Assembly (NCBI GenBank): GCA_044372235.1
Contig: JBILSG010000001.1
Location: 1-49,871 of the forward strand
DNA: 49,871 nt
Direction: 5' to 3'
From: Chitinophagaceae bacterium
GTDB taxonomy: Bacteria > Bacteroidota > Bacteroidia > Chitinophagales > Chitinophagaceae
Part shown: positions 27,844 through 36,961 of the stretch, piece after piece
How the letters are laid out: each line of letters opens with the position of its first letter
Position numbering within the stretch: position 1 is the stretch's first letter
Made by a program: the position numbers and the translations under genes
Notes under the pieces: generated by a model
Told to the model about the DNA's origin: nothing
Database searches by the model: none
The model's input: only the letters and a program-made list of their open reading frames with translations

Positions 27844-29418
27844 ATGATTTACACCCTTATTGCCCTCTTGGGATTCCTGCTGCTCCTTGTTGCAGCTGAC
27901 CTTTTACAGAAAAAACATACGCTAAGGAGGAACTTCCCACTACTCGGTCGTTTCCGTTACATCGCTGAAAGTTTGGGTCCACCCATACGTCAGTATTTCA
28001 TCGCGAGCAACAGGGAGGAGTTGCCTTTCAACCGCAGTCAGCGTTCCTGGATTTATGCCTCATCAAAAGGAGACAATAACTATGAAGGCTTTGGTACTGA
28101 CAAAGATGTCTATGCTGCCAACTTCATTTTCATCAATCCCAAATTGTTCCCTTTTGCGCTATCAAGAGACCATATCAATCATCCCGGCAATGATCCTTAT
28201 TTTTTGCCTTGTGCCAAAGTGATTGGTCTGTCCCACAACAGGAAAAATCCTTTCCGGCCATACTCTGTGGTAAATGTTTCAGCCATGAGTTACGGCTCAC
28301 TCTCCCAACAGGCGCAAACATCCCTCAATCAGGGTGCGGCGATGATCGGCAGTTTTCACAATACCGGGGAAGGCGGATTGTCACCATTCCACCAACAAGG
28401 AGCAGATGTGGTATTCCAGATTGGTACGGGTTATTTTGGGTGTGGCATTACCGACGAAAATGGCATTCGCAGATTCTGTTTGGATACGCTTAAAGAACTT
28501 GTCTTGAACAAATACGGCAAGGTTAAAGCCATCGAGATAAAACTCTCTCAAGGTGCCAAGCCGGGCAAGGGCGGTGTGCTTCCTGCAAAGAAAAATACGC
28601 CTGAAATTGCGGCCATAAGAGGGGTACAGCCTTATACGAATGTCATATCGCCCGCAAGCCATTCTGCTTTCACCAATGTGCGTGAGTTGGTCGACTTCAT
28701 CGAAATGCTTGCATCAGAAACAGGATTGCCAGTGGGCATCAAAGCAGCCATCGGTGACCTTGGGCATTGGTATGAGTTGGCAGCTATCATGAAAGCAGAG
28801 GGTAAAGGGCCCGACTTTATCACCATCGATGGTGGTGAGGGAGGAACGGGTGCTGCACCGCCAGCGTTTGCCGACCATGTTGCCCTGCCATGGATTTATG
28901 GTTTTACTGAAGTCTATCAACTGTTCAAAGAAAAAGGTCTGACACAGGATATCGCTTTCATCGGTTCCGGTAAACTTGGTTTTCCGAGTGAAATCATGAA
29001 AGCATTTGCCCTGGGTGCAGATCTGGTAAATATCGCACGGGAAGCGATGCTTTCTATAGGCTGCATACAGGCCCAGGAATGCCATACCGACAAATGTCCT
29101 ACAGGTATTGCCACACAGAACAAGTGGCTGAGCAGTGGCATTGATCCCCGACTGAAATCTGTCCGTTTCGCCAAATACATCAATACCCTGCGCAAGGAAA
29201 CCCTTGAAATGGCGCATGCCTGTGGATATGAACATCCCTGTCAAGTCAAGATGAAAGATATCGACATCAGCTGTGGAGACAACAACAAAACCATCACACT
29301 GGAGCAGGCATTCAACTATGAAAAAGATCCAGTTGCTTTTGAGTCCATGGATGCACTGATGGAATGCCAGTTTCTTGCCGGTTTGGGAAGAACACCTAAT
29401 GTGCTAAACAAGCATTGA
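27844..29418 (+). CDS. FMN-binding glutamate synthase family protein (YerD-like)
   Basis: SAMSYGSLS, HNTGEGG, EIKLSQGAKPGKGGVLP, DGGEGGTGAAP and Fe-S motif GCIQAQECHTDKCPTGIATQ. Confidence 0.95.
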   Translation: MIYTLIALLGFLLLLVAADLLQKKHTLRRNFPLLGRFRYIAESLGPPIRQYFIASNREELPFNRSQRSWIYASSKGDNNYEGFGTDKDVYAANFIFINPKLFPFALSRDHINHPGNDPYFLPCAKVIGLSHNRKNPFRPYSVVNVSAMSYGSLSQQAQTSLNQGAAMIGSFHNTGEGGLSPFHQQGADVVFQIGTGYFGCGITDENGIRRFCLDTLKELVLNKYGKVKAIEIKLSQGAKPGKGGVLPAKKNTPEIAAIRGVQPYTNVISPASHSAFTNVRELVDFIEMLASETGLPVGIKAAIGDLGHWYELAAIMKAEGKGPDFITIDGGEGGTGAAPPAFADHVALPWIYGFTEVYQLFKEKGLTQDIAFIGSGKLGFPSEIMKAFALGADLVNIAREAMLSIGCIQAQECHTDKCPTGIATQNKWLSSGIDPRLKSVRFAKYINTLRKETLEMAHACGYEHPCQVKMKDIDISCGDNNKTITLEQAFNYEKDPVAFESMDALMECQFLAGLGRTPNVLNKH

Positions 29419-29527
29419 CGACTAAATGGCAATAACGCATTGTATTACAATTATTTTCATATTATAAAAATAATTTATATCAAAATATAATTTGTTGGAT
29501 AACCAAAACAAACTATTTTGAATCTTT

Positions 29528-30052
29528 ATGAAAGGCGATTTCTTATTGAATGATCACGATGTGGCTTATTTGATTCATGGCCAATCCCTTCGTTTGGAAT
29601 ACCAAACTGAAGGTTGTTGGTTTGTTGTAATTGCATATGATAATGGCAATTCCTTTCTGCAACGTTTTTTTTTCAGAAAACCCAATAGTAAGACTTTTTT
29701 CAGGCCACGATATTTTAAAAAAGCTAATGGAAAGTTTGAATCAGTAACAAATGTGTACTGCCGGGAAATCACCATGTGGGGAGTGGGTTGGGGTATCAAA
29801 AAATTGTTTCACAAGCAATTGCGGATAAACTTTTTCAATACGCGCACCCAAACAATCCGTTCACATACCCCCGAATTGCCTACAATGCCTCAATTTTATG
29901 TGGAATCTCCACGAGTGGAGTTTCATCCGCAGCCTGTCAAAGTCAGATCAGCTGTCCAACCACGCCTATTGGCAAATGGAATGAACAGGAATGCATACGA
30001 CGATTATTCAACCTATAAAGCAAATCATCCCCGCACAAACACAATCAATTGA
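29528..30052 (+). CDS. Hypothetical protein, first gene of the 29.5-42.1 kb operon
   Basis: 174-aa ORF after an AT-rich intergenic region, ending 3 nt before the next ATG. No recognisable motif. Confidence 0.6.
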   Translation: MKGDFLLNDHDVAYLIHGQSLRLEYQTEGCWFVVIAYDNGNSFLQRFFFRKPNSKTFFRPRYFKKANGKFESVTNVYCREITMWGVGWGIKKLFHKQLRINFFNTRTQTIRSHTPELPTMPQFYVESPRVEFHPQPVKVRSAVQPRLLANGMNRNAYDDYSTYKANHPRTNTIN

Positions 30053-30055
30053 CTT

Positions 30056-31375
30056 ATGGACAGTTCAAAACACAATTTCAATGATCCGCAAGTGACAGAT
30101 ATGTATCCTAAAGGTCCGCATTGGACAACCCGTTTTCTCTGGTGGTCTGCCGGTGCAGATCCTTATTTTATGGGCAAAGCACCGATGCAGGACCGGGTGA
30201 AATATGCCGGTATTGGTGGTATTGTATTTTGCACCGGCTTGCTTGCAGCAGTTTCTGGTGGTTATGCTTTCCACACCATTTTCGGCCCGAAAGGTGATGC
30301 CAATGATTATTCCTTGACGGCATCCATAGCAGTCAAAATTTTCACTTTTATTTTTGCCATCGTATGGGGTACCATCATTTTTAACCTCGACCGCTTCATT
30401 GTTTCCAGTACGGGAAAAGGTGATGGCACGGATTCAATCACTTGGAAGGAAGTTGGTCAGGCTATTCCGAGGATCATCATTGCATTGATACTTGGTTTTG
30501 CGATTTCTTCCCCACTTGAAATACGCATTCTGGAGTCAGAGATCAATTCTGAACTGAGCAAATTCCAAAGTGAATATGCACAGGAACTCAATGTGGCAAC
30601 GGATTCGCTTTTCAAAATAAAAAGATTGGGGCTTGAAAAGGAAAAGGCTGAATATGAGGGGAAGAAGGCCGAATATGAAAAAAGCATTTCCCTGTATGAC
30701 GGACAGATTGATGAGTTGGTACAACGTCAGCAGGCTGAAATGCAGGATAAGCGGGCTTATGGTTTCGGGCCGGTAGCCAAAAAAATGCAGGCTGATATTG
30801 AAACCAAACGGGCTGAGAAAGACAAATTCATTGAATTGAAAAAGTCAGAAGTCGCAGCCATACAAAAACAACTGGATTTCGATAATGACCAGCTCAACAA
30901 AATGTCTGATGATCTCAGACAAGCTTATAAAGAAAATGAGAAAAAAGCTCATGGGTACGATGGTTTGCTCAAAAGAATCCAAATAAGCCATGAAATAGGT
31001 GGACTTGTTCCCTGGGTTATTCTCCTTGTCTTCCTTTGTATTGAAATGGGACCAATCTTCTTCAAGATGATGATGACCAAAGGTGTGTATGATTTCATGG
31101 TGGAGAACTACAACAACAAACGTAATGTTGAAAACGGCATCTACCGTGAAGACCACATCTATGAGGGAAGCAAAGGTCTGATACACATGGAAAAATGGCG
31201 TTTCCTCGATGTGGAACTCTCCAAACTGGAAAAGCAGAAAAAAGTGCAGTCCCAGGAAAAGATCAACGATGAAATTATCCAGCAGTGGGAAGCTAAAAAA
31301 TTGGCAGATGTCAAAGCAGATCCCAACAAATTTTTCACCGAAGGCGATGAAAGTATTCAGCAGAACAATGCCTAA
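30056..31375 (+). CDS. DUF4407-family membrane/coiled-coil protein
   Basis: FLWWSAGAD, KYAGIGG, IFNLDRFIVSS, PRIIIA..ISSPLEIRI, a long coiled coil with YGFGPVA, then GLLKRI and IEMGPIFFK. Confidence 0.82.
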   Translation: MDSSKHNFNDPQVTDMYPKGPHWTTRFLWWSAGADPYFMGKAPMQDRVKYAGIGGIVFCTGLLAAVSGGYAFHTIFGPKGDANDYSLTASIAVKIFTFIFAIVWGTIIFNLDRFIVSSTGKGDGTDSITWKEVGQAIPRIIIALILGFAISSPLEIRILESEINSELSKFQSEYAQELNVATDSLFKIKRLGLEKEKAEYEGKKAEYEKSISLYDGQIDELVQRQQAEMQDKRAYGFGPVAKKMQADIETKRAEKDKFIELKKSEVAAIQKQLDFDNDQLNKMSDDLRQAYKENEKKAHGYDGLLKRIQISHEIGGLVPWVILLVFLCIEMGPIFFKMMMTKGVYDFMVENYNNKRNVENGIYREDHIYEGSKGLIHMEKWRFLDVELSKLEKQKKVQSQEKINDEIIQQWEAKKLADVKADPNKFFTEGDESIQQNNA

Positions 31376-32571
31376 TGAGTGATACCATTGAAAATATAAC
31401 CATTGATTTGTTTGGTCTGGAGCGGGAACTCTGGGACAAAACAAGCGACGGGGAAAAGAACAGCTATAACCGGACAACAATCTGTTTCATGGTTTTTTTG
31501 TTGCTGGCCTGTGTGTCTTCCTGTATGTTGGTTTACCTCATAACTGGTCATTTTCTGAGTGCACTGCCCGGGGGTATTTTGGCATCGCTGATTATTGGAA
31601 GTATTGTCAGATTTTCCATGATCATCCTTCGAAGATCCATCTTTGATGCATTGAAAGCGAATCAACAGGCCACTACACCGACTAAACAAACAGCTCAGGT
31701 ACCAGTCACCAATCAGGCAGCTCAGCCACCTGCACCTGCTCAGCCTGCCCCAGCCAAATCTGCAGGTTTCAGGAAAATGTTGGGCAAATTCAAGTTCAAA
31801 TGGCCTGGAGCACAATCAAAAGTTCCCGGATTTGCAGGCTTCATCAGGCTGGTGATCATGACGGTGATGGGGTTGCTGGTATTGTTTCCACTTGCCACTT
31901 TGTTGCACAAATCAGCCATCGAGGAATTGAATGGTGCAAAGCGTCAATATTATTTGCAGGAATTTGAAAAGGATGGGCAAATGGCCTTGGCCAACAGCCT
32001 CACCCTTTTGAACAGGGAGAAGGCAGCCAATGAGGCAGACCTGATCAAGAATGCAGGCATTTACCAGGCAGACGGATTGGTTCGGGAAAAAAAGTTGGCC
32101 ATTGCCCGGATTGATTCCTTGATTGTGGTCGAGAAAGCTGATCATGCCGAAAGTTATGCGCTGCAACTTGAACATTTCAAGGAAGAATTGGATGGACAGT
32201 ATTTTCTGTCACTGACTTTCAGGTCTGTTGTAACCATGCCCTTTTTTCCAATTGCTTTGGCGCTCATTGCATTTTTGCTTGTATATCCCCATTTCTTGCT
32301 GTACCGGTTGAAAACCAATCAGGCATTTGTATATTCGGCACTATCCACTGGTCGTTACAGGAAAATCATTGATACGGAATACAAGGATACCACAACAACC
32401 GGTTATGCGCATTTGGAACAAAGATTCGGCTACAAACCCAAAGGTTATGATAAAGACGTTTATTGGGAGAATCCCCCTTACAATACTGAACCTCACAAGC
32501 CCTTTGCTGAACGGAAACCCATCACCAAAGAAAAATTTCTGGAATCATTTGAACCGAAAACCACTCCGTGA
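31375..32571 (+). CDS. Membrane/coiled-coil protein, possibly a divergent DUF4407-like paralog
   Basis: Same layout as the upstream gene (two TMs ending SIVRF, RLVI..LFPL TM, coiled coil, last TM with Pro) plus a Pro/Ala/Gln linker. TAATG overlap with the upstream stop. Confidence 0.6.
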   Translation: MSDTIENITIDLFGLERELWDKTSDGEKNSYNRTTICFMVFLLLACVSSCMLVYLITGHFLSALPGGILASLIIGSIVRFSMIILRRSIFDALKANQQATTPTKQTAQVPVTNQAAQPPAPAQPAPAKSAGFRKMLGKFKFKWPGAQSKVPGFAGFIRLVIMTVMGLLVLFPLATLLHKSAIEELNGAKRQYYLQEFEKDGQMALANSLTLLNREKAANEADLIKNAGIYQADGLVREKKLAIARIDSLIVVEKADHAESYALQLEHFKEELDGQYFLSLTFRSVVTMPFFPIALALIAFLLVYPHFLLYRLKTNQAFVYSALSTGRYRKIIDTEYKDTTTTGYAHLEQRFGYKPKGYDKDVYWENPPYNTEPHKPFAERKPITKEKFLESFEPKTTP

Positions 32572-34004
32572 AAACTGTTACTAAATATTACAAGGGAAAC
32601 CTGCTTTGTCAGTTTCAGACGACCAACACCCGTAAGGTAGGGAAAAGCACCGTTTTTACTGGCCAGTCTGATATTACGTTGGAACCACGTTACCGGTATG
32701 AAGATGTTGAAGAGATTACAGAGGCCGAATACCTGCAACAAACTGCTCCTGGAGCTGCTTCATTCATCAAGCAAGTGAACAAGGCTGATGTGGAGTTCAA
32801 CTTCCTCAAACCAGTTGATCCGGCCTTCCCCTCCATGGTAAAGCGGGTTGATGAAATCATGATGGTGTTGAATAAAGGCACTGGTCAATATGACGACAAA
32901 GAGCCCTATGTAGTTACCAGGTTAATAAAAGATTACATCAAAGCAGAAGCAGACACCCCCAAAGACATTTACTACAATGCTGATAAAGTGGCATCAGCTG
33001 ATCAGGCATTCCAATTCAACAGCAGCCAACAAACCGGCTATTATTCTCCTTTCGATGCTGTTTATGGAAAAGCTTCGCATGGCAAAATAAAAGGACTGGC
33101 CTATTGCAAAGAGGTTCAGTTGCTTGATGACCAGCAGAAGCCGCTCAACATGACCCAACTCAATCAGGTGGCAGCTGTACAGTCCGCTCAGCAGTTTGTG
33201 GCTTCCCCTGTTGGACAACTTGTGCAGTTGGCTGGACTTACACCCAATACGCCTATTTTACCTCCGGGATTAACTGTTCCTTCTCCAGTAATCAATCAAC
33301 CTCAGCCATCAGGTTGCCTTGGAGCAGGAATGTCGGGTTGTTTGGGTTTCGGAATGGGGGGCTCACAACGCAACAGTGGTTGTCTGTTTCCTTTGTTGCT
33401 GCTTCTGCTCGCAGGTTTGCTGTGGTGGTTGTTGGGCATGAAGGGATGTGGCAATAGCGCCACTCCTGCACCCATCATTATCCATGATACCATTAGGGTG
33501 GAAGTGCAAAAGATCGATACACTCACAATTGTAAAGACTGATACGGTTTCTTATGTGGATTCCACCACCAAGCTTAACTACGAAACGGTCAACCTCCCCA
33601 ATGTACAGTTCATCACCAATAGCGATGTGTTACTACCTTCCTCAGCTTCAGACCTTCAGAAACTGGCGGAATACCTCATCAAGAATGATAGCCTGAATGC
33701 TACCATTCTAGGTCATACAGATAATGTGGGCAAGTCTGAAGACAATACGAAATTATCGCAGCGCAGGGCAGAAAGTGTCAAAAGATTTCTGGGCAGTCTG
33801 GGAGTGGATCCCAAACGACTTGAAGCAGTTGGCAAGGGTGACACCGAGCCTAAAGCGGATAACAATTTGGAAGAGGGCAGATTGATGAACAGGAGGGTGG
33901 AAGTGCAGTTGACCAATACCGAATTTGTTACCACCACAAGAACGAAAGTGGAACTGGTACCAGAGGAAGGAAAGAATAAAGAAAAGAAAAAGAATCATCC
34001 ATGA
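32568..34004 (+). CDS. Single-pass protein with a C-terminal OmpA-like peptidoglycan-binding domain
   Basis: NVQF..NSDVL, ILGHTDNVG, NTKLSQRRAESV, GKGDTEP and NRRVEV. TM after SGCL. GTGA overlap with the upstream gene. Confidence 0.9.
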   Translation: MKTVTKYYKGNLLCQFQTTNTRKVGKSTVFTGQSDITLEPRYRYEDVEEITEAEYLQQTAPGAASFIKQVNKADVEFNFLKPVDPAFPSMVKRVDEIMMVLNKGTGQYDDKEPYVVTRLIKDYIKAEADTPKDIYYNADKVASADQAFQFNSSQQTGYYSPFDAVYGKASHGKIKGLAYCKEVQLLDDQQKPLNMTQLNQVAAVQSAQQFVASPVGQLVQLAGLTPNTPILPPGLTVPSPVINQPQPSGCLGAGMSGCLGFGMGGSQRNSGCLFPLLLLLLAGLLWWLLGMKGCGNSATPAPIIIHDTIRVEVQKIDTLTIVKTDTVSYVDSTTKLNYETVNLPNVQFITNSDVLLPSSASDLQKLAEYLIKNDSLNATILGHTDNVGKSEDNTKLSQRRAESVKRFLGSLGVDPKRLEAVGKGDTEPKADNNLEEGRLMNRRVEVQLTNTEFVTTTRTKVELVPEEGKNKEKKKNHP

Positions 34005-35638
34005 GCAATGCGCCCAAGGGTCAGCCCTATTTGAAAGGAAAATTCACCGGCTTGTTCAAGCAAAAGGACAAAAAGCCGACAGGGAATTATATTTTTTCTG
34101 ATATCCACTGGACTTCTTTGAAAATTGAGGACTGTGAAAAGATTGATGACTTTGATCCGGAGTCACAAAAAACAGGTGATTATTGGTATGCAGAAAAGAT
34201 TTATCACGACAGTGGATTCAGGCCATTCCGCAAAAAGACTGATGTATTCATCCCCCATGGCGTAGATAGTTTCTATGCTGGTGATTTGTACAAAGTGCTC
34301 ATCAAAAATTTGAAGATTAATCTGGAGAAATCTTATTTCTTGGGTAAGGAATGGCAAGAGGCGAGTGGAGAAATCTACTTTCAGCTGGCACCTCCACCCA
34401 AGCCTGTTCAGTCACCCAAACAACCTTCTCAACAAAATAATGTAGGTGGCTCGAATGTCATAACAAATACCATCCAAAAATCTTCTTCCAACGTCAATCT
34501 GCAGCCACATTCCAATAGTCAGCATGTTATAATTACTGGACCGTTACAACCTCAGCAACCCACCCAACCCCAACCTGTTGTAGTGCCAAGCACCCCAACC
34601 AAAAGGATCGACTGGGCATCATGGATCGGCTGGTTGATTGGCTTGCTCATTGTTGCTGTTATCGCCTACTACCTTTGGAAGTGGTTTCCTCTCTTGTCTT
34701 ATATCTTCATCGGATTATTGGTAATCTACCTGATCGGACAATTGTTCAACAGGTTCCCCATCCTGAAAATGCTGGCGGGATTGGCCATCTTGGGCTTTAT
34801 TGGATATTTTCTTTACAACATGTTTTACCTGAACAGGTTCGGTGGTGATCCACTGAAAACCAGGGATGGCCGTGTTAAAGTGTCGCCACCCAAGCGGACA
34901 GACAACAAACGCGGCGGTACACCAGATTATGCCACAGACAAGGAGATAGAATGGTATGATTTCCTCAACCAAAATTACCTTGCCCGATATGCCACTTCCC
35001 AGATTGCATTTGAACAATCCGTGGAACAACAAGACCGTTTGCAAGAGCAAGTGAAGGGATACACCAATTCAGTAGAGTTTTTTACAAGATATTACAACGG
35101 GCTGTACCGCATGGATGAATCTAAAATCAATGAGGTTGCCAGCATCTTCATGGATTCTGCCCAAAAAAAGCAGATGTCTCCATTGGAAACAGCTGAAATG
35201 GTTATCACCTTCATTCAGGAAATACCCTATTACCTGGTGCATGAAGGATCTTGCCAGCAGTCTGTGGAAACCGGCAATGATTTCATGGTACAATACCACA
35301 GGGAGCAAAAACCCTGTCTGCCCAACGTTTCAGCAGGGGTACAATCCCCCTATGAATTTTTGCATAACCTGAAAGGCGATTGTGATACGAGAAGCCTGTT
35401 GGGACATGCACTGCTCTCCAAACTGAATATTGCCAGTTCAGTTTGGGTAAGTGAAACTTATGGCCACTCTATCTTGGGTGTAGCCGTGCCGGTGGGTCAT
35501 GGTATCTACAAGGAAATCAATGGCATCAAGCATTATGGCGTGGAGCTCACAGCCAAAGGATACCGTTTAGGTATGGTGGCACCTGAGCAAGCCAGACCAG
35601 GAAATTGGGATATCACTTTATACAATAACCATTCTTAA
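34001..35638 (+). CDS. Membrane protein with a C-terminal transglutaminase-like (papain-fold) domain
   Basis: Three TM segments. FIQEIPY, QSPYEFL..KGDCDTRSLL, GHSILGV and VELT fit a Cys-His-acid triad. ATGA overlap with the upstream gene. Confidence 0.7.
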   Translation: MSNAPKGQPYLKGKFTGLFKQKDKKPTGNYIFSDIHWTSLKIEDCEKIDDFDPESQKTGDYWYAEKIYHDSGFRPFRKKTDVFIPHGVDSFYAGDLYKVLIKNLKINLEKSYFLGKEWQEASGEIYFQLAPPPKPVQSPKQPSQQNNVGGSNVITNTIQKSSSNVNLQPHSNSQHVIITGPLQPQQPTQPQPVVVPSTPTKRIDWASWIGWLIGLLIVAVIAYYLWKWFPLLSYIFIGLLVIYLIGQLFNRFPILKMLAGLAILGFIGYFLYNMFYLNRFGGDPLKTRDGRVKVSPPKRTDNKRGGTPDYATDKEIEWYDFLNQNYLARYATSQIAFEQSVEQQDRLQEQVKGYTNSVEFFTRYYNGLYRMDESKINEVASIFMDSAQKKQMSPLETAEMVITFIQEIPYYLVHEGSCQQSVETGNDFMVQYHREQKPCLPNVSAGVQSPYEFLHNLKGDCDTRSLLGHALLSKLNIASSVWVSETYGHSILGVAVPVGHGIYKEINGIKHYGVELTAKGYRLGMVAPEQARPGNWDITLYNNHS

Positions 35639-35639
35639 T

Positions 35640-36146
35640 ATGAAATCAATCATCATCATTCAGGTACTGATAGCATTTGCAGCCGGACTGTCTTCCCTTT
35701 TCTTGCTTTACAGGCTGTTGAACAATTTCATGCGTAAACGCTTTGAAATTGAAGAGACTAATACCGCATTTGCCATCTTTCAGGTGGGTATCCTGTTGTC
35801 TGGTTCACTTATCCTGTCTTCTGTGCTGAGTGCAGCCGTCAATGCCATCCAGTTTCTCAACCGGGGTGGAGGTATAGAGCTGCAAACCCTGATGACCTCT
35901 TTTGCTTATGTGGTTGTTTTTCTCATTATCGGCATCGCTTTTACACTTTTGGTCATTGCAGCCAGTGTATTTGCATTCTTTCAATTGACACAGATCAACG
36001 AATGGGAGCAGATCAAAATGAACAATATACCAACCGCTTTAATTTCTGCTGCATTGATAGTTGGCATGTCGCTCATAATGGATGATTATATCGGTCATCT
36101 TTGTGAAGCATTGATTCCCTATCCATCTGTTATGCAGATCAGGTAA
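35640..36146 (+). CDS. DUF350-like small multipass membrane protein
   Basis: Four TM helices with duplicated IEETNTAFAI / IKMNNIPTALI motifs characteristic of DUF350. Confidence 0.75.
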   Translation: MKSIIIIQVLIAFAAGLSSLFLLYRLLNNFMRKRFEIEETNTAFAIFQVGILLSGSLILSSVLSAAVNAIQFLNRGGGIELQTLMTSFAYVVVFLIIGIAFTLLVIAASVFAFFQLTQINEWEQIKMNNIPTALISAALIVGMSLIMDDYIGHLCEALIPYPSVMQIR

Positions 36147-36157
36147 ACCGCATCAAC

Positions 36158-36961
36158 ATGAACCTGAGAGCGGTTGCCGGTATCCTATTCCTCTTTTTTG
36201 CGCTACCCTTTAAGATGGCTGCTCAGGTTTTTAATGTCGACAGGGAAGTGGTACCCGATAGCAGTTACCAAAGTTGGGCTTTTTCTGCCGGTGTTAGCAT
36301 AGCTACCGATAAACAGAAGAACAGCATATTCGATCTCTCTTCCAATGCTGAAATTGATCGCTTCTTCAAAAACAACTACCTCCTCATTGCCGCATTCCGG
36401 AACGAGGCAGTGCTGTTGGGCGGTGATGCGATCCAGAACCAAGGCTTGGCGCATATCCGTTTACGGGACCGGGATACCAGAAAGTTGAGCTGGGAGGGGT
36501 ATGCCCAATACCAATGGAATGGCGCATGGGGGATGGATTACAGGATTGTATTGGGTAACAACCTAAGGTTCAAATTTTTGGAAAAAAGAAAGGCAGACCT
36601 GTATTTTGCATCAGGAATTTTTCAGGAATGGGAAAAATGGAACTGGTCTGGTGTGAAGCCGGAGTTGGTATCAGCAGGTGCAGGTGATAGACTGCGGAAC
36701 ATGTTTCGCTTGAACGAATACCTCAAATACGCCATCAAGCTGAACGACCAGGTTGATGTATCTGCAGTTTCCTACCTGCAATTTCCACTCAAAGGCAGGT
36801 TTTTGCAGCCGCGTTGGCATTTTGATACCAATCTCTTTCTGCACGTAGGTAAACATCTCTCATTCAATGTCAGTTGGAACCATGTCATCGATAACAACAG
36901 GTTAGTTCCCATTGACCGCTTTTATTACAGTTTTTCAACAGGCTTGCAATATGAACTATAA
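36158..36961 (+). CDS. Outer-membrane beta-barrel protein, DUF481-like
   Basis: Signal peptide ending KMAA|Q, amphipathic strands (WEGYAQYQWN, VSYLQFP) and C-terminal STGLQYEL. Confidence 0.72.
   Translation: MNLRAVAGILFLFFALPFKMAAQVFNVDREVVPDSSYQSWAFSAGVSIATDKQKNSIFDLSSNAEIDRFFKNNYLLIAAFRNEAVLLGGDAIQNQGLAHIRLRDRDTRKLSWEGYAQYQWNGAWGMDYRIVLGNNLRFKFLEKRKADLYFASGIFQEWEKWNWSGVKPELVSAGAGDRLRNMFRLNEYLKYAIKLNDQVDVSAVSYLQFPLKGRFLQPRWHFDTNLFLHVGKHLSFNVSWNHVIDNNRLVPIDRFYYSFSTGLQYEL

Noticed and set aside
27844-29418. gltB, glutamate synthase large subunit
   Set aside because: It is 524 aa with only the FMN/Fe-S domain and an N-terminal hydrophobic segment. There is no amidotransferase domain or small subunit.
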